Shown here one piece after another: positions 50,154-64,000 of a DNA stretch of 64,000 nucleotides (position 1 is the first letter of the stretch; every line of letters starts with the position of its first letter). The stretch is from positions 434,001 to 498,000 of the forward strand of contig CAUYUJ010000203.1 of the NCBI GenBank assembly GCA_963575745.1, given 5' to 3'. The DNA comes from Prorocentrum cordatum. Its lineage: Eukaryota. The notes below the pieces were generated by a model. The model made no database searches. It worked only from the letters and a program-made list of their open reading frames with translations, and was not told the DNA's origin. A program made the position numbers and the translations under genes.

Positions 50154-53016
50154 ATTCACCGATGTGTGAAAATATACACACGTTTCCTTTTCTTGTATGT
50201 TGACGAGCCGAAAGGATGAGACCCCCCTTCCAAAACCGAGCCCCCAGGATCCTGGATTTCGGGGCCTCCTGGGCACCCTTGCCAACGGTGCCCTGGCTCG
50301 CCCCGGACCTCTCGGGGCGCTTGGGCGGGTCTACCCAGCAGACCCCAGGCGATCAGAGCGGCGAGCAGAAAGGCCGAAGAAAGACCCAAGACAGCACAAG
50401 AGCGCTGCAAGAAGGACCCAAATGGCGTCCAGAGGCCCCCAAGACGGCTTCAGGAGGCCCTGAACAGGATTCCCAGAACGCAGAAACCCCTTCATTCCCT
50501 TAAGCCCACGGAGGCCGTGGGATGCCCCCCAGACAGGCCATGGGAGGCCACCATGTGGGCTCACGTGGCCCCCGTAAGGTCCACAGAGGGCCCAAGCTCC
50601 CCAACGCGGCCCCAAATGGCCCAAGGTCGGCTCGAGAGGGCCCCAAGCTGGCCAACCAGGGCTCCAACAAGGCCCACGCGGCGTTTTCCACCAAAGTGAC
50701 CAGAATCCAGGGTTCGCAACCACATGCCTGGGAAATTTGTTGCGACCCCGGGATCCGGTGCATTCCCTAAGAATTATTTACTGTCGCGTGCCCCGATGCG
50801 ACCCGCTGCAGTGCGACATCCTCGGTTTGGCATTGCGTTGTACTTTGCAACGTTGTTTGACAGTGCGTCGTTTGTTTGGCATTCATTCACGTGGCTTACC
50901 ATTCCTTCGAATTGCCTACCGGGGCACCTGAACCACGAGCGGGCCAATGTGCGTGCCCACGAAGGCCTTTCGTCGTCATTCACTGCCAGACAATTCTGCA
51001 AGCGTGTACGTACACATGCAACTGTAACCGCTGGCTTCTGGACAGCGGTCCTCGGTGCGGCGCAACCGAAATTCTTCGCCGTCCCTCGACGGGGCCATCT
51101 CTTTCACTCCTCCTGCTCCTCCTCTGGGTCCTCTCCTCCTCCTCCTCCTCCTCTTTCTGCCGCTCCACTGCTCGTCCTCCCCCACATCCGCTTCCCTCTC
51201 CTCGAACCCCGAGGTTACCTCCCTCCTATCCTTCGCCCTCCTTCCGGCGTGTTTCGGGAGCCCCTGGGGTCCCGGGAAGGGCCACAGACCGCCCGATGTT
51301 TTGAATAATTCCGACAACCACCGCAGGGAAGGGGCCACACTTCCAAGTCCTCTAGGGATGGCGCGAACGACCAACATAAGCAAAGCCTCAAGGACCAAGG
51401 TGCATGGCGCGGGGCCATATTTCCATGTCCACTAGGGATAGCGCGAACGACCAACATAAGCAAAGCCTCAAGGACCGAGGTCCATGGTCCATGGCGCGAA
51501 GCGCCAATGCAGTCCTGAGTATATATATATATATATGTACTACATATATGAAGCCATATGTCGAAGTGTGCGCATGACTATATATATATATATATATATA
51601 TGCATCGCTTACTTACATGTAAATGTGTATACATACCATATACTCTGGGAAACAACGTCTCTGCCACCTCGCCAGCCAAAAGCCACCGGATCCAGGTGGT
51701 CTCATCCCTCCAGCCCGAAGCGAATACGACGTCGACCTGCTTCGCTCCAACATGGACGCGGACATCCGTTGTCAACGGCGCACACCGCGAGGCGGGGATG
51801 CGACGTGGCGCGCACCGTGCGCGACCCAGCGAACTGTTCCTCTCGCCTGCGAGGCGCGGCGCCGCGCGGGCAGGCGAGATGCAGTTCTCGCAGCAGCGCT
51901 CGGCGGGTGTCGTCTGAAGGTGGCGCGCGGGGCCTGGGCGCGGCGCGTGGTGCTCGCCGACCAGCCGATGGGGGCGCGGCCGCGCGCGAGCGGGCGAAGT
52001 GCAGTCATCGCCAAGGCGCTTGGCAGACTTCTGAAGGTGGCGTTCGGGGCTCGGGCGCAGCGTCTCTTGTTCGCTCGGCCAGGTCGTTCGGGGCGGAGCC
52101 GCACGCGAGGGGGAGAATTTGCCGCAGTCGCGCAAAAAGGGCGCTCCCACTTGGGCGCAGCGCATCTCGGCCGCCCAGTCGATGCAAAAGCGGCAGCGTG
52201 GACGCGAGCCAGCGGGCGAGATGTGGTTCTCGCCCAAACGTCGCGGACAAACAACGCCAGGAAAGTGGCAATGCTGTTTAGGCGCGGCGCGTGTCGCATG
52301 TCTGTTTTCGCATCTCTGATCGGAAAGTTGGCCGCGCAAGAGAGAGAGAGAGAAAGAGAGAGAACAAAAAAAACAAAGAGAGAGATAGAGAACTAATAGG
52401 GATATTGCCACAGCGTTGCGCAAGGATGTTATGACAGTGCCGATCCCACCCTTGCGTTGCCAATGCCTCTCCTCCCTCGTCGAGTCGTCAGATGCGGGGG
52501 AGAGCCCGCACGCGTGTTCCCTTCGCAAAGTGCGAACGAGCGACGACCGCCCGTCTCAATATCCAGATGGACCTTCATGTGTCCGTGTGTGATGCGATGG
52601 AGGGCAGGCGTGGGCGGGGTCCGCTGACTCGGTTGACCTGGCGAACTCGACTCCCCATTAGGGAGGTCACACAGGACGTTCACGCCCAACCACGTGCATA
52701 AATACGGCCCCTCAGTCCGCGAGACTAGCCTCGTGATACGAGTGTCCTTCTTCCGCTCCTGGCCTTCTCGTCTTCCCCTCCATTTCCCATATGTTCCTGG
52801 GAGGCGATGCTTATGTGTGTGTCTGCTTTGTTTGTTTTCTCCTCCTGAGCTCCCTATGCCCTAGCCTTCTCCGTGCCTCCCTCACTCCGTCGCCCTCCCC
52901 CCTCTCCTCTCCCACCTCCCCCCTCACGCCCTCCCACCTCCCCCCCCTCCCCCCTCTCTCCTCGCTCTCTCTCCCTCCCTCGCTCGCCCCTCCCCCTTCC
53001 CCCCCCCGTGCCGCTC

Positions 53017-53133
53017 CTCGCCCTCGAATAGCGACGGCGCCACGGACTTCATCGCCGCCACGGCCCCCGCGGAGAAGAGCGAGAGGACGTGGGAGGGCGA
53101 CGAGGCGTCCGAGCCGCCCAGCCGCGGCATGGC
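53017..53133 (-). CDS. Exon (AMPRLGGSDASSPSHVLSLFSAGAVAAMKSVAPSLFEGE)
   Basis: AG|G acceptor, GA donor, GAGGAG boundary repeat. Confidence 0.6.
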
Positions 53134-53759
53134 CTCGGCGCGGCGAGGGGGGGGGGGAGGGGAAGGGGGAGGGCTCGTGTAAAAGGGGCCCAGGGACACA
53201 GAATTTCGCTGCCCCAACGGGCCAGAGGCGCGCTAAGATCTCTGGCAACGGGTTAACCACCTTTCTAATTCGCGCGCGCGTGGCGGCCCCTGGGGACCCC
53301 TGGACGAGAAGTACCCCGACCGGTCTGACTCAGGCGCCCCAGAGCCCTCCTAGAGGGTCCCAAGAGTCCCCAAGAAGGTCCAAAAGGGCTCCGAGTCGCC
53401 GACCGATCGGTCCGAGACGCCCAAAATAGTTTCCAGACGGCCGCAGACGCCCCCAAGACGCCCAAAGAGGCCTCGAAGAAGCGTCTCAAGAGGGCCCCAG
53501 GAGGCAAAACCATAGATTTCCCATCGGTTATTGAAAGATTTTGGCGGTCTCCTCTTTTCTGCTTTCCAACGCTCCAAGACGGCCCAAGAGGTTCCCGAGA
53601 CCGCCCCAAGACGGCCCAAGAAGCCTCCAAGAGGGCCCCAAGACGGCCCAAGATGGCCCCAAGACAGCCCAACAGGCGCCCAAGATGGCCCAAGAGAGCC
53701 CAAGCCGACAGAACTACCACGCCCGGGGAGGGCTCTCAGAATTTCTGGGGGGGTAAAAA

Positions 53760-54800
53760 TTGACACCCCTCACGCAGATCCGCAGGCTCAGGGTCCAAAA
53801 ACACAAGGGATTTGCCACATGTTTGAACTTCAGTGGCACCCCTCATGCAGATCGGCGGGGTCAGGGTCCAAAAACACAGGGGATGCGTCTCATTTCTCAA
53901 ATTTGGTGGCACCCCTCATGCAGCTCGGGCGGGGTCAGGGTCCAACAACACAAGGGAATTGCCACATTTCTCAAATTCGGTTGCACCCCTCACGCAAATC
54001 GGCGGGGCCAGGGTCCAAAAACAGAAGGGATGTGCCACATTTCTAAAATTCGGTGGCACCCCTCACGCAGATCGGCGGGGTCAGGGTCCAACAACACATG
54101 GGATTTGCCACATTCCTAAAATTCGGTGGCACCCCTCACGCAGATCGGCAGGGTCAGGGTCTACAAACACAAGGGATGTGTCACATTTTTGAAATTCGGT
54201 GGCACCCCTAATACAAATCGGCGGGGTCAGGGTTCAAAAACTCACGGGATGTGCCACATTTTTGAAATGCGGTGGCACCCCCTGACCAGATCCGCAGGGT
54301 CAGGGTCCAAAAACACTGGGAATGTGTTATATTTGTCAAATTCGGTGGCACCCCTCACGCAAATCGGCGGGGCCAGGGTCCAACAACACAAGGGATCTGC
54401 CACTTCTGAAATTCGGCGGCACCCCTCAAGCAAATCGGCGGGGTCAGGGTCCAAAAACAAAAAAGATGTGCCGCATTTCAAAAATTCGGTGGCACCCCTT
54501 TCGCAGATCCGCAGTGCAGGGTCAATAAAAACAATAGCATGTGCAACACTTCTGAAATTCGGTGGCACCCCTCATGCAGATCGGCGGGGTCAGGGTCCAA
54601 AAACATATGGGATGTGCAATATGTTTGAAATTCGGTTGCACCCCTCACGCAAATCGGCGGGGCCAGGGTCCAAAAACACAGGGGATGTGCCACATTTCTG
54701 AAATTCGGTGGGTCATAAAAACAATAGCATTTGCAACATTTCTGAAATTCGGTGGCACCCCTTACGCAGATCGGCGGGGTCAGGGTTCAAAAACAAACAG
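53760..54800. repeat. About 72-76-bp satellite, about 14 copies
   Basis: AAATTCGGTGGCACCCCTCACGCAGATCGGCGGGGTCAGGGTCCAA recurs. Confidence 0.92.
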
Positions 54801-55712
54801 GTCCCGACACTGCTTCACGGCGGCGCCCAGACCTCATGATTTAGCATTTGCATCTCCCATTATCCGAGACAGGGGGCCGGCGGCATGGGGCGAAGCCCTT
54901 ACGGATAAATAAACGCAAATCCCAGGATGCCCTGTATTTTCTCATCTTTTCTGGGTTTTCGTCTTCCCGCCCACTTCCCAGATTCTTCCTGGGAGTCGTC
55001 GATGAACTGTGCCTGTGATGTTTTCCCCTCCTGACAGATCTCCGACGGTGTGATGTGACTTTTGAAATCCATGCGTCCTCGGGCGCCCGTCACGGGGCGC
55101 ACGGGGCCACGAACAGATGATCCAGGGCGAAGAGCTGCCCCCCCTGGGGCAAGAGTCGGGGCCCCTGGGGCCGAGGAGGATGCCTGAAGGGGGGGAGGGA
55201 GGGGGGAGCCTCCTCTCCCCTCCTCCCTGGGGAGAAGCAGCGATACCGATACCGCTGCTCCCCCGACCTCTCCCTGGGTGCGTTCTGACCAGCCCTTCAA
55301 GGAAAATCCGGCCGTGGCGGCGAGGGCTCTCCAGGACGGGCACCGGCATCGCTACCTCTTCCACCGAGCCAGCGAGGGCACTCTGGCACCGCTGACCCCC
55401 CCCTCCCTCTCCCTGCCCGTCCTCCTCCTGCGGGCCGAGGGCCTCTGGCTGAGCCCAGTCTGCATGGAGCCCCATTGCCTGCCCGCTGACCCGTCTCTCT
55501 CCCTCCCCGCCTGTCCTCCTCCCCCTCCCTCCTCTCCACCTCCCCTGGCCCTCCCCCCCCACTCGTCCGCCTTTGGGGCGAGTGGCCCACCGGGGCCACG
55601 CGTGTGAGGCGAGTCCGAGTCCAGCGCCGAATATATGCGTCGAGCGGAGCGAGCCTCCCGTCCGTCCACTCGCGCCCTCTGCGCCGGTCCTCCTGCCCGG
55701 GCCGAGGGAGGC

Positions 55713-55835
55713 CTCCAGCGCCGTGTCCAGGAGCTTCGGCAGCGGCTGCTGCTGGCGGCGACCGCGGCGCCCGGCCATCCGCACGCCGCTGGTCTCGCCG
55801 CGGCGACCGGAGGCAGCCGCCACGACGGCGGCGAC
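55713..55835 (-). CDS. Exon (VAAVVAAASGRRGETSGVRMAGRRGRRQQQPLPKLLDTALE); could be a first exon starting at MAGRR
   Basis: CAG|G acceptor, GAG|GC donor, GAGGCC repeat shared with the next acceptor. Confidence 0.6.
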
Positions 55836-55879
55836 CTGCGGCCACACCCCCCTGCCCTCCTTGCTATCCTGGCCCCTTG

Positions 55880-56121
55880 CTCTCCTCCTGCTCCTCCTCC
55901 TCCTCCTCCTCCTCCTCCTTCTCGCTGTCGTCGTCCTCCTGCTCCTGCTCCTACTCCTGCTCGTGCTCATGCTCCTCCTGCTCCTCCTCCTCCTCCTCCT
56001 CCTCCTCCTCCTCTTCCTCCTCCTCCTCGTCCTCCTTCTCCTCCTCCTCCTCCTCCTCCTCCTCCTCCTCGTCCTCCTCCTGCTCCTTCTCCTGCTCCTC
56101 GACATCACCATCACCATCATC

Positions 56122-56220
<99 letters not shown>

Positions 56221-56531
56221 GTTATCATAATCACCACCACCACTACCATCATCACCATCATCATCAGCAGCAGCATCAGCATCAGCATCAGCAGCATCAT
56301 CATCATCATCATCATCATCATCAGCATCATCATCATCATCACCATCATCATCAGCAACAGCAACAGCAGCATCATCAACATAGTCAGTATAGTCGCCATC
56401 ATCATCATCATCACAACATTCACCACCATCAACACCATCACCAGCAACATCATAATCATCAGCATGATCATGACCATAATCATCAGCAACACCATCATCA
56501 TCAACATCGGCACAATCATCATCATCATCAA

Positions 56532-56613
<82 letters not shown>

Positions 56614-56700
56614 GTCAACATCATCATCACCCTCACCATCACCGTCATCGTCATCGCCGTCGTCGTCATTAACGACAACGCCAGCATCGTCATCATTACC
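55880..56700. repeat. (CCT)n then (ATC)n microsatellite
   Basis: Direct reading. Confidence 0.95.
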
Positions 56701-57664
56701 ATCCACCTGTCCGTCGTCTTTCCATTGGGGTGGGGCACATTCTGGAAGCCTAGCGGGCTGTGGGAGATACTGGTCGTCATTGTACTGGCTCTTGCTGTGC
56801 ACTGTGTTGCCCAGCAGGGGCTAGCTTTGTGGATGCCACGGCAATGGACACCCTAACAGTCGTATCATTGAATGTAAACTGTGGTTTAAATGTCGGAAAG
56901 CTGTTCCCAACATGTATTAAGCATGCATGTTACACGTTTTAAAACATGCTCAAAACATGTTTTAGACATCTGGAAATTATTTGGCAACACGCTTCCTCTC
57001 CATTGATCGGCCTCCACAAGGCTAGCTGGGGCACCCCGCCACAGTCGTGCAGAGTAGGCGCAGCGCACGCTGCCCGTGCGCTGCGAGCACACCAGAGGTC
57101 CACGGCGGGGGGGGGCAGGGCGGCGGCGAACTGAAAACCCAGTGAGCTGCAGGATGCGACGCCATGGCGCCAACGCACATACTACCCAAACGTATAAGTG
57201 CATGGATACCCATCGGTCGGAAGAAGCGGGTAGAATTGTGGATGTCATGGCAACAGACACTCTAACAATCCGACCAGTGTTGAATCAACAATATGTTTAC
57301 CTGGAAAACATGTTCTAAACAACGTTTCAAACATGCTTTTGTTTTTGTTTTCATGTTTAACAGCAGTTTTGAAACATGCTCTAGACATCTGGAAATCATT
57401 TGGCAGCACGCTTCCTCTCCATTCATCGACTTCCACAACTGTAAGTGCACGGATACCCATCGGTCGGAAGAAGCGGGTCGAAGCCTGAGGTGGGAAGGCG
57501 TTGGAAGCAGATTGGACTTCTGCCCGCCCCCTGAAGAGCAGGCAAGAGGGACAATCGCTCGACTCTTGAGGCAGGAAGGCGCCTGCAAGAGCTCGGGATC
57601 CGGGAATCCAGAAGTACGTACTTTCAACCACCGATGGGTTCAGGATGCAGGGCTATAGCATGTC

Positions 57665-57769
57665 CTTCAGCTGGCTGGCCTTGCTCGCGTCTGCGCTGTC
57701 CGCGGCGGCGCTGGCGGCCGAAGGCGCCGCACCCGAGGCACGCGCCTCGATGAGCTGCGCGTCCTTCTC
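57665..57769 (-). CDS. Exon (EKDAQLIEARASGAAPSAASAAADSADASKASQLK)
   Basis: CAG|G acceptor, AAG|GA donor, 35 codons. Confidence 0.6.
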
Positions 57770-58000
57770 CTGCGCGGCGGCGTAAAAAAGGATCGGGCCT
57801 CTGGCCGCCTCCCTCCCACGGTCTCCCTCTTTCGTGAAGGGGGACAGGGGGGAGGGAGAGGGGAGGCGTGATGGAAGGAGGTCGGAGGGGCGGGCGGGTG
57901 TGGCGGGGGGGGGCAGAGGAAGGGCGAAGATGTGGGGGAGAGGAGAAAGGGGATGGGAAGAAGGGGCGGCACGGAAACAGCGTGAGAGGAAAACAACGAT

Positions 58001-58034
<34 letters not shown>

Positions 58035-60074
58035 GAATGCATGTGCTGTAGGAGGCTGGGGATTGGCAAGGGAGTGAAGCGGGGGAGCTCACACAATCAT
58101 ACTGGTTGCGCCGTCATGCCATGGGCGCGACGTCTCAGTCAAGCTGCTTCTTCGCTGACGTTGTAATGAACATTGGGGTCGCCATGCTTTTCGAGGTGCT
58201 CGCCATGACGGTCCTCACGGCGACAAAGAGCGCAGCAATAATAGCCCTCTACTTCGTGGACCGTGGTCCTGCCTGAGCATAGATCACGTCCGACAACTGG
58301 TGCATCAACGACATGGGTTGACCGTGTTGTCTCCTTTTGCGCTGGGCTCAACCGGGTGGGGATCAGTCGTATCAGGGTGCAGCCACCATCTCGCCGAAGA
58401 TATTCCCCGAGGCGTCAGAGGCACCCCAACACGGTTCTTCCCGCACGCATCCTGTGGCTCAGAGTCGCGCTCCTCCCCCTCCTGCTGCGCTTTGTCGCGC
58501 GAGGGACCCACCGCATCAATGCTGCACACACCCAACAAAACACAAGTTAACCTGCCACCGTCCCTGTCTCAGATGGTCCACAGGCAGTGAGAGTGCCAAG
58601 TCGAACTACCTGGGCGGGGCCTGCTCATCGCCAACGGCCAGGCAAACCGTGCCCGCAAGCCTGCTCCTCGCACAAGCATCCTCATTCCTCTCGGGTCGCT
58701 CGAAAGGGGGGGGGGGCTACCAAAGCAGTGAAGGGCTCAACGACTTCTGCCGACCCTGGACTCGCGCTGGAGCCGCCACAAGTTGCTAAGTGTCGCTTGA
58801 GATCTCCCGGTGTACTTGGATTTGCATTTACCTGCCAGGATGTACCTAGATGTGCTCAGATGTTTCTGCATCTACCTTGATGTATCTGGCGTTGGCCCCA
58901 CGAGTCGATTGGCGTACCAAGCCCTTAGGGACACAAAGGGGGTGGGTCGGCGAATCGGCTCATGTAGCTGGTTTTTAGCGGCCCCGATACGCAACACGCG
59001 ACACGTAGCGTATCGATGCGGAGCTCAGCACGTCGACTAAAAACGTCATTAGGTCTGACGCGATACAATTCGCCAAGACGTGGGCCAATACGCTGAGACA
59101 ACACGCAGCGTATTGACACGGACGCTTTGAGCACAGTGCGTGTTGCGTCCCAAGCCGGGCGTGTCGAGGCAGCCAAAGGAGGGGGGGCCTTCTCAGAAGG
59201 GTCGGAAGGCCTCGGGCCTGCTGAGGAGCCTTCGGGGCTCTGGGCCTCGTCCGCAGCCGCAGAGGGCTTCTCGGGAGGCCAAGGCGCTTCTGCGAAGCCC
59301 CGCCGCCTTCTGAGCCGGCCTGCCCCCTCTCGTTCCCCCCCTCGGCGCGCGCTGGCTTTCTCGGCGCCTCCTGGCGCCAGGAGGCCTCCCGAATGCCGCG
59401 GCAGGCGCCCCCCGCGGCGGGGCCGAGACCAGCTGCACGCGGCAGATCACACACACACACATACGTACACACGCACACACACACGCACACACACACACGC
59501 ACACACGCACACACCCGCCCTCGGCGGCGAGCGAGGAGGGGAAAGGGAGGAGGAGGAAGCCTTCTCAGAAGGCGGTGGGGCTTCTCAGGAGCCCGCCGGC
59601 CTTCTGACAAGTTTTCAGCGTCTTCGGAGAGGGCACAGACAGAATAGAATCTCAGGAGGCATACAGCCTTCCGAGCCTTCTGAGAAGGCCTCCTCCTTCT
59701 CACTTCCCCCCCCCTGGGGGCACCCAAAGGTACCGATACCGCAACTCCCCAGACCTCTCCTGGGTTGCGTTCTGACCAGGATTTCGAGGCGAATCCAGCG
59801 GTGGCGACGACGGAGGCCCAGGAGGCCCCAAAAAGGGGAACACGAGGGGAGGGGAGAGGTATGGGTACCTTTTCCTCCTCTGACCCCTCGCGCGCCGCCG
59901 ATTGCCCCCCCGCCTCTGATCACCCGGCCCGATGCTCCCTCCCGATCCGTGGCGCCCTGCGCCGCGGCCCCAGCAAAGCCCCAGGAGGCAAGCCCCAGAG
60001 AAGCGGGGCGGGGCGTGGCCCCGCTGGCGCTGCGCGCCGCTCCCCACCCTGGGAGACGCGATGTCATCGGAGGC

Positions 60075-60133
<59 letters not shown>

Positions 60134-60143
60134 GCGGCGGCGA

Positions 60144-60180
<37 letters not shown>

Positions 60181-61172
60181 CGACGGCCGACATCGACGGC
60201 GACGACCGCAGCACATGCACTGAAGTCTGCGGGCCTTCGCCCGAAACGCAGTGCACAGGTTCGGCTGAACGTCTCGGCCTCGCGCACCTCCCCCGAGGCC
60301 TGTCCACGACACCGTGCGCGGCTGCGAACGTAGCGTCAGGGTCGTGCTCCTGCCCCCGACGCCCTCCGTGTCCGCTGCGCTGGGGCAGCCCTGGGCTGCA
60401 GGCCGAGAGCCCTGTGCAACGGGCCTCCGTGGCGGCAAGCCAGGGGCCCTGCCGGCCGTTCTGCAGGTCCGCGCGAGCGAGGCTCGCCCGTCGTACCAGG
60501 CTGCTCCCAGGTCGAGGCGGGGTGAAAAATCAACGCGGGGCCCGTCCGCGCGATCGCCAAGCCTCCTCCTCCGCCTCCTCCTCATCCAGGAGGCGGGGTG
60601 GAGAAGCGGGAAGAGGAGTCGCCAAGCCTCCTCCTCCTCCTCCTCCTCCACCTCCTCCTCCTCCTCGTCATCCAGGCGGCGGAGGTGGAGAAGCGGAAGG
60701 AAGACGAGGACCAGAATATCTGACCAAGCATCCGGGTTCACGCGCGTGCAATCCACCATTAGACAGTCCTGCGGTTTTGAATGATCTGTTCACGTGGAGG
60801 AAAACCTTTTGACTTGGGAACCCCCCAACTAGTGGCCTGCACGTATAGGGAGATCGCGAGGGCATCCCGTCTATCAGACCATCCATTCTCCACATTCAAG
60901 TCGTGAGGAGGACGAGGGGGGAGAGAAGAAGGGTGAGGAGATGACGGTCAACAGGAGAACGGAGGGGACAGTTGGCGGAGGAAGTGAGGATGAGAACAGG
61001 ACAACTGGTGGCGAGGGTGTGAGGATCGCCGCGATGCTTGCAAGAAAGACAACGACGAGGAGGATGAGAGGGCCGGGGCCGAGGAGCAGTGGAGGAGGGG
61101 AGCAGAACGCAACCGACGCGTTGCTTCCGCCCTCGGCTCCTGCTTCGCCGAAGCGCGCCGCGCCCTGGCCTC

Positions 61173-61302
61173 CTGCGCGGCCTCCGTGGCCGAGCTGGCG
61201 AGTGTGTGCGAGTCCAGGTGGGCCGACCCGGCGTGCTTCGCCAGGCCGGCGTGCTTCGCCAGGCCGGCGTGCTTCCTCCCCGCGCCCAGGCGCTCGGCGA
61301 AC
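61173..61302 (-). CDS. Exon (FAERLGAGRKHAGLAKHAGLAKHAGSAHLDSHTLASSATEAAQ)
   Basis: AG|G acceptor, GA donor, 12-bp boundary repeat shared with the 57769 acceptor. Confidence 0.55.
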
Positions 61303-62242
61303 CTCGCCAAGGCGGCTGCTGAGCCCCCACTCATCTCCGAATCCAGCTGCGCCCCCTCCGCTTCCACCCCCTGCTCCTCTTCCCCCCTTCTCTCCCTCCT
61401 TGCCGTCGCTCGGACGTCCATTTCCCGTGTATGTTTCGGTTTCGTACGTGTTTTTGTTGCTCGATGGTCCAGGATGGTCCTCGATGGTTCTCGCCGAGGA
61501 GAAATGCACACGTCCGAGCGATGCCAACTCCTGATTCGCCCCCCCCCCCTCCTCATCATCCCCCCTCCATAGATCATGCCCGTCGTCCTCACGTTCCTCG
61601 TCCTTCACCCACTCCCTCTCCTTCAACTCTCCCGCTTCGTCAACTCTCCCCCTTCTTCCTCCTACCCCTCCTTCTCCTCACCCCATTCTCATGCTGCCCC
61701 TCCTACGTAATCTCTCCTTCCCCGCCCTCTCTCCCTCCCCCTCACCCCCCATGCTGCTCTCCCAAACTCATTCCCTCTTCCTGCCTCATACCTCTATCAG
61801 CGCCTACAAAGTCACAACTATTCTCGATAATGATATGCTGAGGGGTGGTGCCAATGCAAATCAAGAGAATATGCTGGACATGCCGCAAGCAAGCATCCGG
61901 TAGCCAGGTGAGGCTCAGAATGACAAGTATTTCTGGCACAGCGCTCACCCGTGGAAGAGGAACAGGAGGAGGCGAGCCAGACTGAGGAGACCCGAGGATG
62001 CAGCAGAAGAGGCAGAAGAGGAGGATGCGGAGAAGGAGGAGGAGGAGGAGGCAAGGAGGAGGAGGAGGAGGCGAGGAGGAGGAAAAGCAGGAGGCAGAGG
62101 AGGCAGAGGCGGCAGAGGAGGAAGAGGAGGAGAAGCCTCGGGAGGAAGAGCGGCGCAGGAGGAGCTGCAGGAGGTGGAGCAGGCGCGCGGCGCGCGGGCG
62201 TGCGAGGTGGGCGTGCCGAGCACATTCGCAGCCCCCACCCGC

Positions 62243-62357
62243 CTCTGCTGGAGCGACGAGACGGAGGCCTCCTTCTGGACAGCGCACACCGCGTCGTCCA
62301 GCGCCCCCGGCCCAACTCTGGGGCGTGACTCCACGGGGCTCACTGCGGCGGTCACTC
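62243..62357 (-). CDS. Exon of right host gene chain (...GPGALDDAVCAVQKEASVSSLQQ-R)
   Basis: CAG|G acceptor (start less certain); GC donor in phase 2 is compatible with the next exon. Confidence 0.45.
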
Positions 62358-63123
62358 CTGGAGGCGGCTCGAGAGTGGACCGGCCTCGATGGAGAGATGG
62401 CAATGCGAGCGTGCGTGAGGAAACACATGTCAATACCACCCCCCCTCCTCAATTCATCTCTGCTTCTCCACCGCCCGCTCCCCACCTTCTACCTCCATTC
62501 CCCGTCCTCTCCCTCACCCTTTATTCTCCCACTCCTGCTCTTCCTCCTTCTGCTTCCTTACCCCTCTTCCCTCCTGGATACGCCCTCGTTGTCCCTCATC
62601 CTCCTGCTTCCCCTCCTCCACCATCTTTTCCTAATCTCCTGATCCCCTGCTCTCCTGATGCTCCGACTCTTCCTCCGATCCTCCTCTGGTCCTCCTGCAC
62701 CTCCTCCTCCGACTCCTCCAACTCCTCCAACTCCTCCATCTCGCCCTCGTCACCGTCCTCATGCTGCTTCTGATTCTGCTACAAGCTGTTCCTCTGGCAC
62801 CTGCTCCTGCGCCTGGAGATGCTGCAGCTGCTGCAGCTCTACTCATCGTCATCATTCTGACCGATTCCCTAGGAGACGCCTTCAAGCTCGTCCTGCCCAT
62901 CTGCTTCTCGTACTGCAGCTGTTGTTGCTGCGACTACTCTTCTGCCTCGTCCGCCTTCCCGATTGCTCCTCTTTCGCGTCGTCCTCCGATTCTCCCCCTG
63001 TCCCTCCTCCTCAAAACCTTCACCGTCACTCGCCCGTTCTCACCCTGCTTATGCTGTCCCTTCTTCACCGCATGGTCCTCTTCATAATTATCCTCCCATA
63101 TTGTCCCGCCATCTCGGCCACCT

Positions 63124-63165
<42 letters not shown>

Positions 63166-64000
63166 CCTCCTCCTCCTCCTCCTCCTCCTCCTCCTCCTCC
63201 TCCTCCTCCTACATGCCGTACTCGTCGTAACCAACCTCTCTTCGCTCATATCTGAGATGCCACATATACTGCATACTGCTGCACATCCTCCTTTTCCTGA
63301 CATCCTCCTCCTCCTTCTCCTCCTTCTCTTCTCATCCTCCATCTTCGCCTACCCTCACAAGTCCCTCCCCTTCCATCTTCATCCGACTCCTCATCCGATC
63401 CTTGTCCCTTCCCCCTGTCATCTCTCATTTTCCCCGTTCCCTCCTGCTCCTCATCCCCCTTCAACTCTGGAGCCACTTTCCACAACAACCCTTCATCCTC
63501 AGCTCCCCACTCCTCATGCTGAGGGGATACAAAGCTGGGGGGGCTTCCAGCGCAAGCTTGTGTCCCTCCTGCCCCGCTCTGAGCCTCCCCACCTTCCATC
63601 CTAGCTCCCACCCCCCATCCTCCCTCCCTCTCCGCACCTTGCTCTCCTCCGTTTTCCCTATATCCTCCCCCCCTGTCATCACCTCATGCTGCGTCTGTTT
63701 CTAATTGATGTCCTCCTCCTCCTCCTCCTCCTCCTCCTCCTCCTCTTCAAAATCTCTTCTCCCTTCCCCTCCCAACCCCTGCGTGCCTCCCCCTCATCTC
63801 AAATCCGTTCTGCCTGATCCCTCATCCTTCTTCCCCAAATTTGCTCTTCTCCACCCCAGTCATGCCTGCCCCATCCCTCCTTCCAGCTCCCTCCTCCCAA
63901 CTCCCCACTCCCTGATCTCGCATCCCTTCTCCCAAAACCCTCCTCACAATGACCTGATCTACAGCCTTCCCGCCCTCCTCCGTCCGAGCTCCTGAGACTC

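Noticed and set aside
53760..54800. CRISPR-like periodicity (also 10290-13500)
   Set aside because: The inter-core segments are homologous to one another rather than unique spacers, there are no cas genes, and the context is eukaryotic.
58139..58351. YYCCALCRREDRHGEHLEKH zinc-finger-like peptide
   Set aside because: Short, with no supporting splice sites or adjacent domains.

Overview
Eukaryotic, GC-rich, microsatellite- and satellite-dense DNA. It is almost certainly dinoflagellate nuclear genome, because it contains the dinoflagellate spliced leader (DinoSL, DCCGTAGCCATTTTGGCTCAAG) and introns with GC/GA donors. Most long ORFs in the track are artefacts of (CCT)n, (ATC)n and (TATG)n arrays. 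The real content is as follows. (1) A processed retrocopy (minus, 15964-18035) of a three-domain COG4337/iota-type carbonic anhydrase-like protein. It is headed by a full SL plus a relic SL, disrupted by a 392-bp insert, and possibly bracketed by a 19-bp target-site duplication. (2) A near full-length degenerate non-LTR retrotransposon (minus, about 19.7-26.5 kb; zinc-finger/coiled-coil ORF1, APE, RT, RNase H) whose 5' end is tandem SL-like sequence. (3) Two more SL-headed truncated elements joined tail-to-tail between inverted (ATC)n arrays (27.7-31.2 kb). (4) Two chains of small minus-strand host exons (6.1-8.7 kb and 33-62 kb) with mostly GC/GA donors and short direct repeats at intron boundaries. 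(5) Many satellites and several long palindromes. The most notable signal is four SL-headed retro-insertions within 13 kb, two of them LINE-like and a third possibly so.
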